Positions 9,140 through 18,215 of a stretch of DNA of 64,000 nt are shown here, piece after piece; positions within the stretch are counted from its first letter, which is position 1; every line of letters begins with the position of its first letter. A program made the translations under genes and the position numbers. Below the pieces are notes generated by a model, which saw only the letters and a list, made by a program, of their open reading frames with translations, was not told where the DNA came from and ran no database searches. The stretch comes from an uncultured Thermotogaceae bacterium. Lineage in GTDB: Bacteria; Thermotogota; Thermotogae; MWEM01. Where the stretch lies: positions 278,950-342,949 of the forward strand of contig CAYWWY010000001.1 in assembly GCA_964462525.1 (NCBI GenBank), in the 5' to 3' direction.

Positions 9140-10177
9140 TTATACGGAATTGGCTCGGTATGATTCCCGAAATACATCCAATACCCATAAATTCGGAAAG
9201 GATTCTTTCACTGATGCCTCAAGTTCAATTGGATCAACACTATGTCGAACTCCCAGCGAATTGACTGCTAATCCCAAAAGATTGATGGGATGAATCACTC
9301 GAATCAAAATTCCAGCACGTTCCAAGCGATTATAACTTCTTGGGCTCAATAGAATCCGTGACCCATCTTGAACAACCAAAACCATCGGCCTCATCATTTT
9401 CCAAAAAGAGTGAGCGATTCGATCCGTTAAAACTCCTTCGCTAAAGACGATCGGTTTGTCAATAGATGGATGTGTCTGATGGAACTCTTCTAACCAGGAT
9501 TTGCTGGAAATACTGCACTGCTTAAAATCCCGAGAGAAAACCATAGAACGAACCCTTGTTCCTCGGTTTTTTTCGATAAAACGCAAAGTACTCTTTGAAA
9601 CAGGTTCAGTGGATAATGAACGAACCACGATACCGATATGCTGGACAACCTCTGCTACTTGAGAGGCGTCTGAAGGATTCGCGACAAGAAATACTCCATC
9701 TGCAAGACCAGCACGGCTATGCGCAATCCGGTTCAGAGCTCCGTCAACAAGTACCAAATCCACGAACTCAGATTTTTTTATAGAGCGGATGACTTGATCC
9801 AGCGTATCCATCGATCGAGGACCCACAAGTTCTACATCTACTTCCATCAATGCTTTTGCCATAATGATACCACTCTGTGAAGCTCCGATCGAAAAGCTTT
9901 CTTCGATTTCAAACGCGTGATATGGAAGGTTCACTGCAGTTGATGATAAGACTCTGTCACCGGGAAATACATGAATCCCGGGTTTTTCTACAGATGCGAC
10001 AATGTCTCTCTTTTCACCGTCTCGACCTATCGTACACACCAAAACACGCATGTTCGGTCGGTCGATCTGTTGAAGGAAGTAATTGATCAAGGTTGTTTTT
10101 CCTGCATTTTTCGCTAATCCTACAACAGAAATAACCGAATTTTGCTTTACGATTGCTTTGAATGCTTTTGTTTCCAA
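9140..10177 (-). CDS. P-loop NTPase of unknown function, translationally coupled to kamA
   Basis: 345 aa. Walker A VVGLAKNAGKTTLINY near the N-terminus and Walker-B-like DLVLVDGALNR. The rest is not recognisable. TTG start lies behind AAGGGTGA and overlaps the kamA 3' end by 31 nt. Confidence 0.5.
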   Translation of the reverse strand: METKAFKAIVKQNSVISVVGLAKNAGKTTLINYFLQQIDRPNMRVLVCTIGRDGEKRDIVASVEKPGIHVFPGDRVLSSTAVNLPYHAFEIEESFSIGASQSGIIMAKALMEVDVELVGPRSMDTLDQVIRSIKKSEFVDLVLVDGALNRIAHSRAGLADGVFLVANPSDASQVAEVVQHIGIVVRSLSTEPVSKSTLRFIEKNRGTRVRSMVFSRDFKQCSISSKSWLEEFHQTHPSIDKPIVFSEGVLTDRIAHSFWKMMRPMVLVVQDGSRILLSPRSYNRLERAGILIRVIHPINLLGLAVNSLGVRHSVDPIELEASVKESFPNLWVLDVFRESYRANSV

Positions 10178-11454
10178 TCGTTCACCCTTTTTTGGCGCGG
10201 GGACCCTACGGGAATCAAACTTTTCCGTTCCCCTGTCAAGAGACTGGAGACACCTTCTCTGCTTTTCCGATCTTCCTGCAATACCTTGTCTGGGTCTGCT
10301 TGGGCTTTGTAATCCTTTGGTTCATCGTAAACAAACAAACCTCCTTCATAGTTTCGAAGAACGACCCGATTTTCACCATACGAGAGGAGATACTGCGGCA
10401 TAACAGGGATTTTCCCCCCCCCATAAGGGGCGTCAACCACATAAGTAGGCACAGCAAATCCGCTTGTATGACCACGCAAATACTCGACTATTTCCAACCC
10501 CTTTGCGATTGTCGTTCGAAAATGCGAAAGTCCGTGAGAAAGATCGCATTGATACATATAGTATGGACGTACTCTGTATTTTACCAACTCCTGCACAAGC
10601 TTTTTCATAATTTCTGGATGGTCATTTACTCCTGCAAGCAATACCGATTGGTTCCCAAGGGGGATTCCAGCATCTGCTAACCTGGAAAGGGCTCCGATGG
10701 AGTCTGGTGTAATCTCGTTGGGGTGGTTAAAATGGGTATTCAACCAAATCGGTTGATAGCTTTTCATCATCTGAATCAGCTCTTCGTCGATCCGCTGTGG
10801 AATAACAACAGGCGCCCGAGAACCGAGTCGGATAACCTCAACCGATGGCACTGAGGCAATTTTTTGAATAATTTTTTCCAAATAAGCAGTGGACAATGTA
10901 AGGGGGTCGCCTCCTGAAATTAGTACATCGCGGATTTCCTTATGGGCTTTGATATAATCAATCGCATCATCAATATAATCGATTGGCATAGCCTTATCAG
11001 TTTCTCCGGCTTTTCTCCTCCGGGTACAGTGGCGACAATACATGGAACACATGTCCGTAACCAGCAAGAGTACACGGTCCGGATATCGGTGTGTTAATCC
11101 TGGTGCAGGAGAATCAACGTCTTCATGGAGGGGATCCAACATGTCTTCCGGTGCTATATAAAGCTCTTTAGAAGTTGGAATTGCTTGTTTACGGATTGGA
11201 TCCTTGGGGTTTTCAGGATTGATAAGGGTAGCATAATACGGAGTAATCGCCATTCGCAAAAATTCCAAACTGTGGATGATTGCCTTTTTTTCCTCCTCCG
11301 ACAAAGGCAACACTTGTTCAAGGGTCGAGACATCCATAATCCGGTTTTGTAACTGCCATTTCCAGTCATTCCATACTTCCGGTGAAACATGGCTCCATAA
11401 ACCGATTGCCCGGTAGTCGATCAACGAAAACACCTCCCAAATGAGTTGCCCCAT
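10147..11454 (-). CDS. kamA: lysine 2,3-aminomutase (radical SAM, PLP)
   Basis: CxxxCxxC motif CSMYCRHCTRRR. Also WNDWKWQLQNRI, GGDPL, PYYMYQCDL and a PLP-lysine region VVDAPYGGGKIP. By eye it is colinear with Bacillus/Clostridium KamA over the whole length. Confidence 0.9.
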   Translation of the reverse strand: MGQLIWEVFSLIDYRAIGLWSHVSPEVWNDWKWQLQNRIMDVSTLEQVLPLSEEEKKAIIHSLEFLRMAITPYYATLINPENPKDPIRKQAIPTSKELYIAPEDMLDPLHEDVDSPAPGLTHRYPDRVLLLVTDMCSMYCRHCTRRRKAGETDKAMPIDYIDDAIDYIKAHKEIRDVLISGGDPLTLSTAYLEKIIQKIASVPSVEVIRLGSRAPVVIPQRIDEELIQMMKSYQPIWLNTHFNHPNEITPDSIGALSRLADAGIPLGNQSVLLAGVNDHPEIMKKLVQELVKYRVRPYYMYQCDLSHGLSHFRTTIAKGLEIVEYLRGHTSGFAVPTYVVDAPYGGGKIPVMPQYLLSYGENRVVLRNYEGGLFVYDEPKDYKAQADPDKVLQEDRKSREGVSSLLTGERKSLIPVGSPRQKRVNDWKQKHSKQS

Positions 11455-11456
11455 TA

Positions 11457-11942
11457 TTACTTCTGATTTGAAAACTTTCTTCCAAGGTTCTTTTTTACAA
11501 TCTCAGGCACCCAAAGATCCACATTACCACCATGATAATAAATTTCCTTTACTAACGTCGAAGAAATGAACGAATACCGAGTATCGGTCATCAAGAAAAA
11601 GGTGTCCAGCTTTGCGCACAGCTGTTTGTTGGCAGCTGCCATCTGCATTTCAAATTCAAAATCCGATACAGCTCTTAATCCGCGAACAACAGCATCCACT
11701 TGATGGGTTTGCACGTAATCAACCAGAAGTCCGCTATGCGTATCAACTTGAATACAAGATTCGTCGTGGAAAATTTTGGAAATAATGCTCATCCGTTCTT
11801 CCATTGTGAAGGTGTATTTCTTTTGGATATTGTTCATAACCACGATAACAAGAGATCCGAATACTGATGCTGCTCTTCGTGCCACATCGATATGCCCATA
11901 GGTTATCGGGTCGAACGTACCTGGATAGATTGCGCGTGTCAT
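11457..11942 (-). CDS. coaD: pantetheine-phosphate adenylyltransferase
   Basis: 161 aa. N-terminal AIYPGTFDPITYGHIDV (T/HxGH nucleotidyltransferase motif) and C-terminal ISSTLVKEI. Confidence 0.95.
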   Translation of the reverse strand: MTRAIYPGTFDPITYGHIDVARRAASVFGSLVIVVMNNIQKKYTFTMEERMSIISKIFHDESCIQVDTHSGLLVDYVQTHQVDAVVRGLRAVSDFEFEMQMAAANKQLCAKLDTFFLMTDTRYSFISSTLVKEIYYHGGNVDLWVPEIVKKNLGRKFSNQK

Positions 11943-11954
11943 CTCTTTGCCTAA

Positions 11955-14225
11955 CTATTCTTTTTGAATATTGATTCGCCAATTGGAAGCTGTATCTGGG
12001 TTTTCTGAATAGACCCTTTTCCCTTCGTGGCGAAAGCATAAAGCCGTTTCCCAAACCTCGCTATGATGCAAGGCACTCGCAAGGATTAGCTCGCTCTCCA
12101 TTAACACTCTCCCTTGGTATTTACTGATTGGGTTCAATGGAGATGTTTCAACTTCTTCACCGTCTGATGATCTTAGGAGAAGAAAGACTTCAGAAGATTC
12201 TAGGAGGGGAAAGTCGCTGACCCAAAGAAGAAATCGCATTTTATGATCCGATCGAATCAGCAAAATGCTATCGGGAGGAGCATCAATTAACGACGTTCCA
12301 TCTATTCCATAAATAATGATTTTCCCTGGTTGAACAATGGGAGGGATAAAACCGCTTATTCCTTCATCCGCTAGATCCGTTCCATGAAGCAATACGCGAT
12401 ATCCTACTTCCCGCATCTCATAGTCTTCCTGATCAATGGGCACATAAAACCGCATAGATGATTCATCTTCGAATAAGTGGACTTTCGGATGGTTTTGTGG
12501 ATAAAAGTGGGACCCAACCTGAATCCATACACGATCGATTGCGCTTCTGTCAAGGAAGCCTACAAAAAGCGTGGCTACTGAACCCGTTTTCCATTCTTGA
12601 GGTTCGATGCCATCTAAAGGAATTACTGCACCATCTTTATCAAGAATAAGCCATTGGGGTGAGGGAAGAATATCGTAGAGCAATAGACGCTTCAAAAAGG
12701 GAAGCCATCGCGTATCAATCGCCATGGCCAATAGATTGTATGGTTCTTTATCAAATACATTCCATAGTCCACCGCGTACAGAAACAGGGAACCAAAATCC
12801 GATTCCGCCCGATTGGCCATAATCGCTTCGAGCATGTTTTTTTCCATCGCTCCATAATGGCTCATTATACCCCACCCAACGAGTTCGATCTTTCACTGAT
12901 TCTAACTCTGCCATGAGCAATTCGCACAGCTCAATTCCTTGTTGAACCAATGAGTTTTGAGGATAGGAAAACCCTTCTATGTGGGAAAAAACCGCATATC
13001 CTTGCTCTGCGGTCTCTCCAGTCAGTATTCCGTGGATCTGGTTCGTCCAAGAAAGCAAATCTTTGTAATCGGGAAAATCAAAGCATAGGGTTTGCCATGA
13101 TAATGTATGGGCCAGATCTCCACGAAGGGCATTTCTCAAAGCCCCATCAGAAAGCATCAATTCAAGATGAGCGATCAAAGTCTCGAATTGGCTGATAATG
13201 ACTGGGACTTCTGAAGACTTGATCCATGAGGCACTGGCTCCCTTTTTCTGATCAATCAGTATACTTGAGTACTCTTCAATCTTTCGTTCCAAAGAATCCA
13301 AAGCAGACTGCGCATATTGAGATATCGTTTTCGATGGATTCTGAAACAGATCAAGGATTAATGATTCGGAAAAAAAGAATCCCTCTTCCGATGCGCCGCT
13401 TTCAATCCCGACGTAGTGCGAATAATGGTCTTTCAATTCATACAAAGTCTCTAAAAGTGTGCTATATGACCCCAACGAGACAAATACGTCAAACTTCTTT
13501 CCATCGAGCATTCGTTTCGCTTCGAGAGTTGAAAGCGTTTGTTCAAAGAAAAAATCAATGGGATAAACATCAAAGTCTGATCGAGTAGAACTCCTCCATC
13601 CATGTTTTTTGTCCACAAGAATAAACGCTGTTCTTTGCGCGGGAAAAATCCGTTTGCTCTTTTGTATTGCAAATGATAGGGAGAGGCAGGAATCATGATA
13701 CGGACTTTCCCAAACGGGCCTCCAGCTTTGATCTTCTTCGATATAGGAGTATACATGCTGAGAATCCATCGTTATATAGGAAATACGGACTCCATTTTGG
13801 GGTTGAGGGAGCGAAAACCGATCTGGTAAGTGGAATGTGTTTTGGTCAAGAGAGAGAATAGTTATGTGCCAAATCGGGATATCTTCGGGTTTGAGAAATG
13901 TGGGGAGTTCTACCGCAATCACACCGCCTGTGGGAATTTCGACGGTCACTTCCCCTTCATACTCGATCCCCCAATCGTCAACCCAAAACCCGGTAATTTG
14001 CGCATTCCCAGCGGGAATTCTCCCTGAAAAGGTGCATTGTCCCTGTTCATTCGAAGTAAGCGTAGCTATGTCCGTTATCACAATAGTCGCTGAACGAGTG
14101 ATCGGCAAACCGTCAAAGATTGTTGTAATATGGACAACAGTATTAGCGCGCCGCACACACGCTCCAAAAAGAATGATCAACCCAATCATACAAACGGCTA
14201 GTAAGAAGTACCCCCATCTCAACAT
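11955..14225 (-). CDS. large secreted/anchored protein: N-terminal TM helix, carboxypeptidase-regulatory-like beta domain, clostripain (C11)-like central region
   Basis: 756 aa. N-terminal anchor GYFLLAVCMIGLIILFGA and SD AAGGGGGGA. The central blocks AFILVDKKHGWRS and KKFDVFVSLGSYSTLLETLYEL resemble the His and Cys blocks of clan CD / C11 peptidases. GGIGFWFP resembles a later C11 block. The functional call is tentative. Confidence 0.45.
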   Translation of the reverse strand: MLRWGYFLLAVCMIGLIILFGACVRRANTVVHITTIFDGLPITRSATIVITDIATLTSNEQGQCTFSGRIPAGNAQITGFWVDDWGIEYEGEVTVEIPTGGVIAVELPTFLKPEDIPIWHITILSLDQNTFHLPDRFSLPQPQNGVRISYITMDSQHVYSYIEEDQSWRPVWESPYHDSCLSLSFAIQKSKRIFPAQRTAFILVDKKHGWRSSTRSDFDVYPIDFFFEQTLSTLEAKRMLDGKKFDVFVSLGSYSTLLETLYELKDHYSHYVGIESGASEEGFFFSESLILDLFQNPSKTISQYAQSALDSLERKIEEYSSILIDQKKGASASWIKSSEVPVIISQFETLIAHLELMLSDGALRNALRGDLAHTLSWQTLCFDFPDYKDLLSWTNQIHGILTGETAEQGYAVFSHIEGFSYPQNSLVQQGIELCELLMAELESVKDRTRWVGYNEPLWSDGKKHARSDYGQSGGIGFWFPVSVRGGLWNVFDKEPYNLLAMAIDTRWLPFLKRLLLYDILPSPQWLILDKDGAVIPLDGIEPQEWKTGSVATLFVGFLDRSAIDRVWIQVGSHFYPQNHPKVHLFEDESSMRFYVPIDQEDYEMREVGYRVLLHGTDLADEGISGFIPPIVQPGKIIIYGIDGTSLIDAPPDSILLIRSDHKMRFLLWVSDFPLLESSEVFLLLRSSDGEEVETSPLNPISKYQGRVLMESELILASALHHSEVWETALCFRHEGKRVYSENPDTASNWRINIQKE

Positions 14226-14270
14226 ATTGGATCCCCCCTTGTTTCTTTTTCCCCTCAGAAACGAATCATA

Positions 14271-14675
14271 CTACAGAACCATAACCAACGCTTCCCCCAA
14301 AACCAGACTGATCCCTTCTAGATCGGTTACATTGGTTTCAATCTTTAACCGCCGTTTTTCGTCATTTTTTTCTAAAACCGCAAACCGATACAATATTTCT
14401 TGATCAATAGAAACTGGTCCACGAAACTGAACCGATTGTGAAAGATAGATCGTCCCTGGTCCTGGAAAATCGCAACCAAGGATTTTGGAAATGATCGATG
14501 CGACAAGCATACCGTGAGCAATCCGTTGTCCGAAACGTGTTTGCTTTGCATAATCTTCATCCAGGTGAATGGGGTTCTGATCTCCAACAAGATCGGCAAA
14601 TCCTTTTACCATAGCGTCGGTAATTCGAATCTTTTGCTCATAGGTTTGTCCTTCGAAAAAATCATGAAATTTCAT
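14271..14675 (-). CDS. MaoC-like (R)-specific enoyl-CoA hydratase / hot-dog fold dehydratase
   Basis: 134 aa. Hydratase-2 motif GDQNPIHLDEDYAKQTRFGQRIAHGML. Confidence 0.85.
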   Translation of the reverse strand: MKFHDFFEGQTYEQKIRITDAMVKGFADLVGDQNPIHLDEDYAKQTRFGQRIAHGMLVASIISKILGCDFPGPGTIYLSQSVQFRGPVSIDQEILYRFAVLEKNDEKRRLKIETNVTDLEGISLVLGEALVMVL

Positions 14676-15231
14676 GGTTGATCCTCCAAAGCTCCGGGTT
14701 GCTGGTTGATATGGCTACAGCACCCATATTCAATATCGCTAATGCTTCTTCTTTTGTGTCGATCAATCCGGCCCCAATGAGCTTGGGACGGAATCCATTT
14801 GTAATCCGATCAATTACCCGAACGCCTTTGCAAAAAGCGCATCCAGGAAGGATCTCTAAGAAATCCGGTCGTGTATTCTTCAAGGTGTCTTCGAGCCTTG
14901 AAATGGATGTCGAATCCAAAAGAAAACTTCGCATGACTGTAGTCACTCCGAGTTTTCGAGCGATATCGACAACTCTCGGTTTGATGGTTATGATTCCATC
15001 GATTCCACATAGGCTCACATAACGAACCGAATACTCTTCTCCAGATAAACCCTGGACCAGATCGAGATCAACAAATACCTTTTTCTTCCACCTTTTGAGC
15101 TGTTTGATGTATCCTTGCAATGATATGAGGTCACAATTGAGCAAAAACGCGACTGTAACATGAGAAACATTGAGTTGATCTAGCGAGGAAGAAGGTTCCC
15201 AAACCGCTGCAACGATTTTGGGAAGCTTCAT
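14662..15231 (-). CDS. glpP: GlpP-family protein (glycerol-3-phosphate-responsive antiterminator-related)
   Basis: 189 aa, colinear with B. subtilis GlpP as I recall it: DLDLVQGLSGEEYS, FLLDSTS, PDFLEILPG and IGAGLIDTKEEALAILNMGAVAISTSNPELW. Its start overlaps the HD-GYP stop by 4 nt. Confidence 0.75.
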   Translation of the reverse strand: MKLPKIVAAVWEPSSSLDQLNVSHVTVAFLLNCDLISLQGYIKQLKRWKKKVFVDLDLVQGLSGEEYSVRYVSLCGIDGIITIKPRVVDIARKLGVTTVMRSFLLDSTSISRLEDTLKNTRPDFLEILPGCAFCKGVRVIDRITNGFRPKLIGAGLIDTKEEALAILNMGAVAISTSNPELWRINHEIS

Positions 15232-16124
15232 GAATTTGACTCCAAAAGCATAAACCGAACAAAAAGCTTTGCGATCTCCGGATCAAAGCGAGAACCTCCG
15301 TGTTTTTGAATCTGTTTCAGGGCCTCGGTCGAGGAAAGAAGACCACTTGAGTATTCAGTATCCACAGTATTTAGGACATCGTCATACCAATCAACGACAG
15401 CGAGGACACGAACCCAAAAGGGAATTTCATCGCCTGCAATTCTATCTGGATACCCCCTGCCATCAAAATGCTCATGATGACTTCGAACAAAAGGAAGAAA
15501 GTCATTCATAACTTCCAGAGTCGCTATGAAAACGGACCCTGCAATGGTATGGTCTTCTCCTGTTTCTTCAAAAGAACGCAATCGAGTTGGAGAATACAGC
15601 ATAAGCTGCTCCAATCCGATTTTTCCAATATCATGAAGCATTCCATAAGCCTGATAAAGCGGTTCCATTTCTTTGCTTAACCCTAAGAATCGGCAAAAAC
15701 GGACAAATAACCGCGTCACCCTCTGGGAATGAGAATACCCTTTTTCATCTTCTACTTCCATAAGAACAATCATTGGAGTAAGCAGAGAAACATAGCGTTG
15801 TCGAACCATTTTTGGCGAAAAAGCTGTTTGTGAATGACTTCTTTCCTGAAGAACAAACCAATGAAGTGCCATTTCTAGATCGTCATGAAAATTGCCTGTG
15901 TTGACTTTTAGTATAGATACGCCATCCAAGATCCCTTCTAAACCGCCGGATGGAATAATCAAGATCTGAGTTGGTTCAAACTCGAGCTTTTGATCGGAAA
16001 TAACCAATGGTTTTTGAACTTCCAAAAACTGCATGTATTCAAAGACTAAATCCTGAACGGATTCTTTTAACTCTTGATTGCTGATGACAATGGTATAATT
16101 CTCTTTTTTTCCTTTTCTTTCCAT
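15228..16124 (-). CDS. HD-GYP domain phosphodiesterase (c-di-GMP/cyclic-dinucleotide-type) with uncharacterised N-terminal domain
   Basis: HD-GYP motifs HDIGKIG and HHEHFDGRGYPD. The start moves to ATG 16124 (MERKGKKENYT) behind a G-rich SD. The ORF-track start at 16283 would overlap the upstream M50 gene by 139 nt. Confidence 0.85.
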   Translation of the reverse strand: MERKGKKENYTIVISNQELKESVQDLVFEYMQFLEVQKPLVISDQKLEFEPTQILIIPSGGLEGILDGVSILKVNTGNFHDDLEMALHWFVLQERSHSQTAFSPKMVRQRYVSLLTPMIVLMEVEDEKGYSHSQRVTRLFVRFCRFLGLSKEMEPLYQAYGMLHDIGKIGLEQLMLYSPTRLRSFEETGEDHTIAGSVFIATLEVMNDFLPFVRSHHEHFDGRGYPDRIAGDEIPFWVRVLAVVDWYDDVLNTVDTEYSSGLLSSTEALKQIQKHGGSRFDPEIAKLFVRFMLLESNS

Positions 16125-16144
16125 AACCCCCCCAAAGAACTGAG

Positions 16145-16843
16145 TTAGCGAAAAAGCTGAGACAGCTGCATGATCAACTCTTGGAAATACTGTAATACAG
16201 GATCCATCATTTGCTTCATAATTCCCGATATGACTAAGACCAAAAGCGTTAACAAGCCATACACCTGAAACCGAATGACCCATTTCATATACCGCGACGT
16301 CGAGAAAAGCATAAACAAACGCGACGCATCCAAAGGAGGAATCGGTAACCAGTTGATAAAAAAAACAGTTAAGTTTACCAAAACAAAGTGTCCAAGTACA
16401 TCTGCAAAATACATAACTAAAAAATTCCCTTCAATGGCGGAAGGGTTAAAAAAGAAACTGAATCGATTGATTCGAAACCCATAAAAGATCAGCCCACTAA
16501 TTAATGCCAAGAGAAGATTCATCATAGGTCCCGTAATGACTGCAAGGCAAAAATCTCTTCTCTTTTGGCTGAACCGTGCAATATGAATGGGAAAAGGCCG
16601 CGACCATCCAAATCCATAGATCAGAAATAACGGAAATCCGATGGGATCCAAATGTTTGATTGGATTAAGCGTATACCGTCCCAAAAGCTTGGATGTATCA
16701 TCTCCGGTCTTGATGGAAATCCATGCATGCGCCCATTCGTGAAATCCTAGAGCAAATAAGATACAGGGCACACGAACAATGAGCCTCCGAAGGAAGATGA
16801 TCCAATCGAAGTTAACCCAATCGCCACTTTCAAAAAGGCTCAA
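16145..16843 (-). CDS. site-2 protease family (peptidase M50) membrane metalloprotease, short form without PDZ
   Basis: HExxH in FHEWAHAW and the second motif NWLPIPPLDASR. Multiple TM helices. TTG start lies 6 nt after GGGAGG. Confidence 0.8.
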   Translation of the reverse strand: MSLFESGDWVNFDWIIFLRRLIVRVPCILFALGFHEWAHAWISIKTGDDTSKLLGRYTLNPIKHLDPIGFPLFLIYGFGWSRPFPIHIARFSQKRRDFCLAVITGPMMNLLLALISGLIFYGFRINRFSFFFNPSAIEGNFLVMYFADVLGHFVLVNLTVFFINWLPIPPLDASRLFMLFSTSRYMKWVIRFQVYGLLTLLVLVISGIMKQMMDPVLQYFQELIMQLSQLFR

Positions 16844-16883
16844 TTCATGCCTCCCGTTTGTTCTGAAAGATTAATGATTTCTT

Positions 16884-18215
16884 CTACTGGAGTCTTTCAA
16901 AGACTCCAGCCATTTTTCTTTTCACATCTTGGGCATCGATCTGAGGGTATGATCCGAAATAATAAACCCATTTGCCTTGAACCATAGTCGCTACGACATC
17001 AGCACTCCTACCCGAATAGATCAAATGGGAAGGAAGATTGGATAAAGGGGTATAATGAATATGGTCTAGATCAATGAATGTAATATCTGCTTCATACCCT
17101 TTTTTGAGAATCCCAACTGTTGGAAATCCTAATACATGCTGACCATCAATCGTAGCCATTCGAAACACTTCTTCTCCCGAGAGCAAACAAGGATTTTGAT
17201 TCGCTCCTTTATGGATTAATGAACACAGATGCATCTCTTTCCAAAGATCCAAAGAGTTGTTGCTCGCAACCCCATCTGTTCCAAGACCTACCATTATCCC
17301 ATTCTCTTTCATCTTCTGAATCGGGGCAATCCCATTGCCAAGTTTCAAGTTTGACGAAGGGTTATGGACTACCCCTACCCCATTTTGAGCCATAATTTGG
17401 ATATCTTCATCGTTCACATGGACACAGTGCGCGCAAATCGTCTGATCAGAAAGAATTCCTTCTTTCTCTAAATCTTTCAATGAATAGGCATCTGATTCCT
17501 TGAGGGATTCTTTCACATGAATATGAATAAAGGTATCATTTTGTCGAGCTACTTTTCCCACTTCCCTCAGATATTCTTTCGAACAAGTATACGGCGCATG
17601 AGGACCAAAGCCCACGCGAATCCGCCCCCGATCGTGAAGATGCCATTTTTCGAAAGCGCGTATATTCTCCATAAGTCGGTTCCCATTTCCGTTTTGATCC
17701 ACCAACCCACGACACAGAGACGCGCGCATTCCAAATTCGCTAATCGCCCTTCCCACGTTCTCTGTGTGCATATACATGTCAGCAAATGTTGTAATACCGT
17801 TCCGCGCCATTTCCATTTGAGCAAATAACGTGCTGTAATACACATCTGATTCAGTAAGCTTATCTTCCCGAGGCAAGATCTGATCGAACAACCATGTTTC
17901 GAAGCTCATATCGTCTCCGTAACCACGAAGAGCCATCATGCCGGAATGGGTATGCGCGTTGACAAATCCAGGGATTGCTAAGATATTCTTTGTTTCAAAA
18001 GATTGGAAGGTGTCTGCTTTCGGTATTTCATTCTCTCTTTTTTTCGCGGTTCCAATCTCGTGAACTACACCGCTTTCAATTAGGATTCTCCCATCTTGGA
18101 TCCATTCTTCCCCTGTAAAAATCTGAATGCCAGAGATTATCTGCGTCAAAAGTCTATCCCCTTCCCGAAAAATCCCTGAGTTTTCGAAGCTCCTCGGATT
18201 TGGAAAGATATCCAT
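16884..18215 (-). CDS. mtaD: amidohydrolase, 5-methylthioadenosine/S-adenosylhomocysteine deaminase-like
   Basis: Metal-ligand motifs GFVNAHTHSGM, HIHVKES, CAHCVH and GLGTDG. ATG 18215 overlaps the upstream ORF by 62 nt. An in-frame TTG at 18149 (MTQIISGIQIFTG), just after that ORF's stop, is an alternative start. Confidence 0.8.
   Translation of the reverse strand: MDIFPNPRSFENSGIFREGDRLLTQIISGIQIFTGEEWIQDGRILIESGVVHEIGTAKKRENEIPKADTFQSFETKNILAIPGFVNAHTHSGMMALRGYGDDMSFETWLFDQILPREDKLTESDVYYSTLFAQMEMARNGITTFADMYMHTENVGRAISEFGMRASLCRGLVDQNGNGNRLMENIRAFEKWHLHDRGRIRVGFGPHAPYTCSKEYLREVGKVARQNDTFIHIHVKESLKESDAYSLKDLEKEGILSDQTICAHCVHVNDEDIQIMAQNGVGVVHNPSSNLKLGNGIAPIQKMKENGIMVGLGTDGVASNNSLDLWKEMHLCSLIHKGANQNPCLLSGEEVFRMATIDGQHVLGFPTVGILKKGYEADITFIDLDHIHYTPLSNLPSHLIYSGRSADVVATMVQGKWVYYFGSYPQIDAQDVKRKMAGVFERLQ

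Noticed and set aside
13837-14403. 188-aa plus-strand ORF. The same class includes the long antisense ORFs at 10162..10680, 45599..46207, 22126..22566, 51360..51794, 5269..5655 and 17517..17828.
   Set aside because: Each lies entirely antisense to a gene with strong family motifs. They have low-complexity or Ser/Arg/Phe-rich composition, no SD and no recognisable motif. These are typical shadow ORFs.
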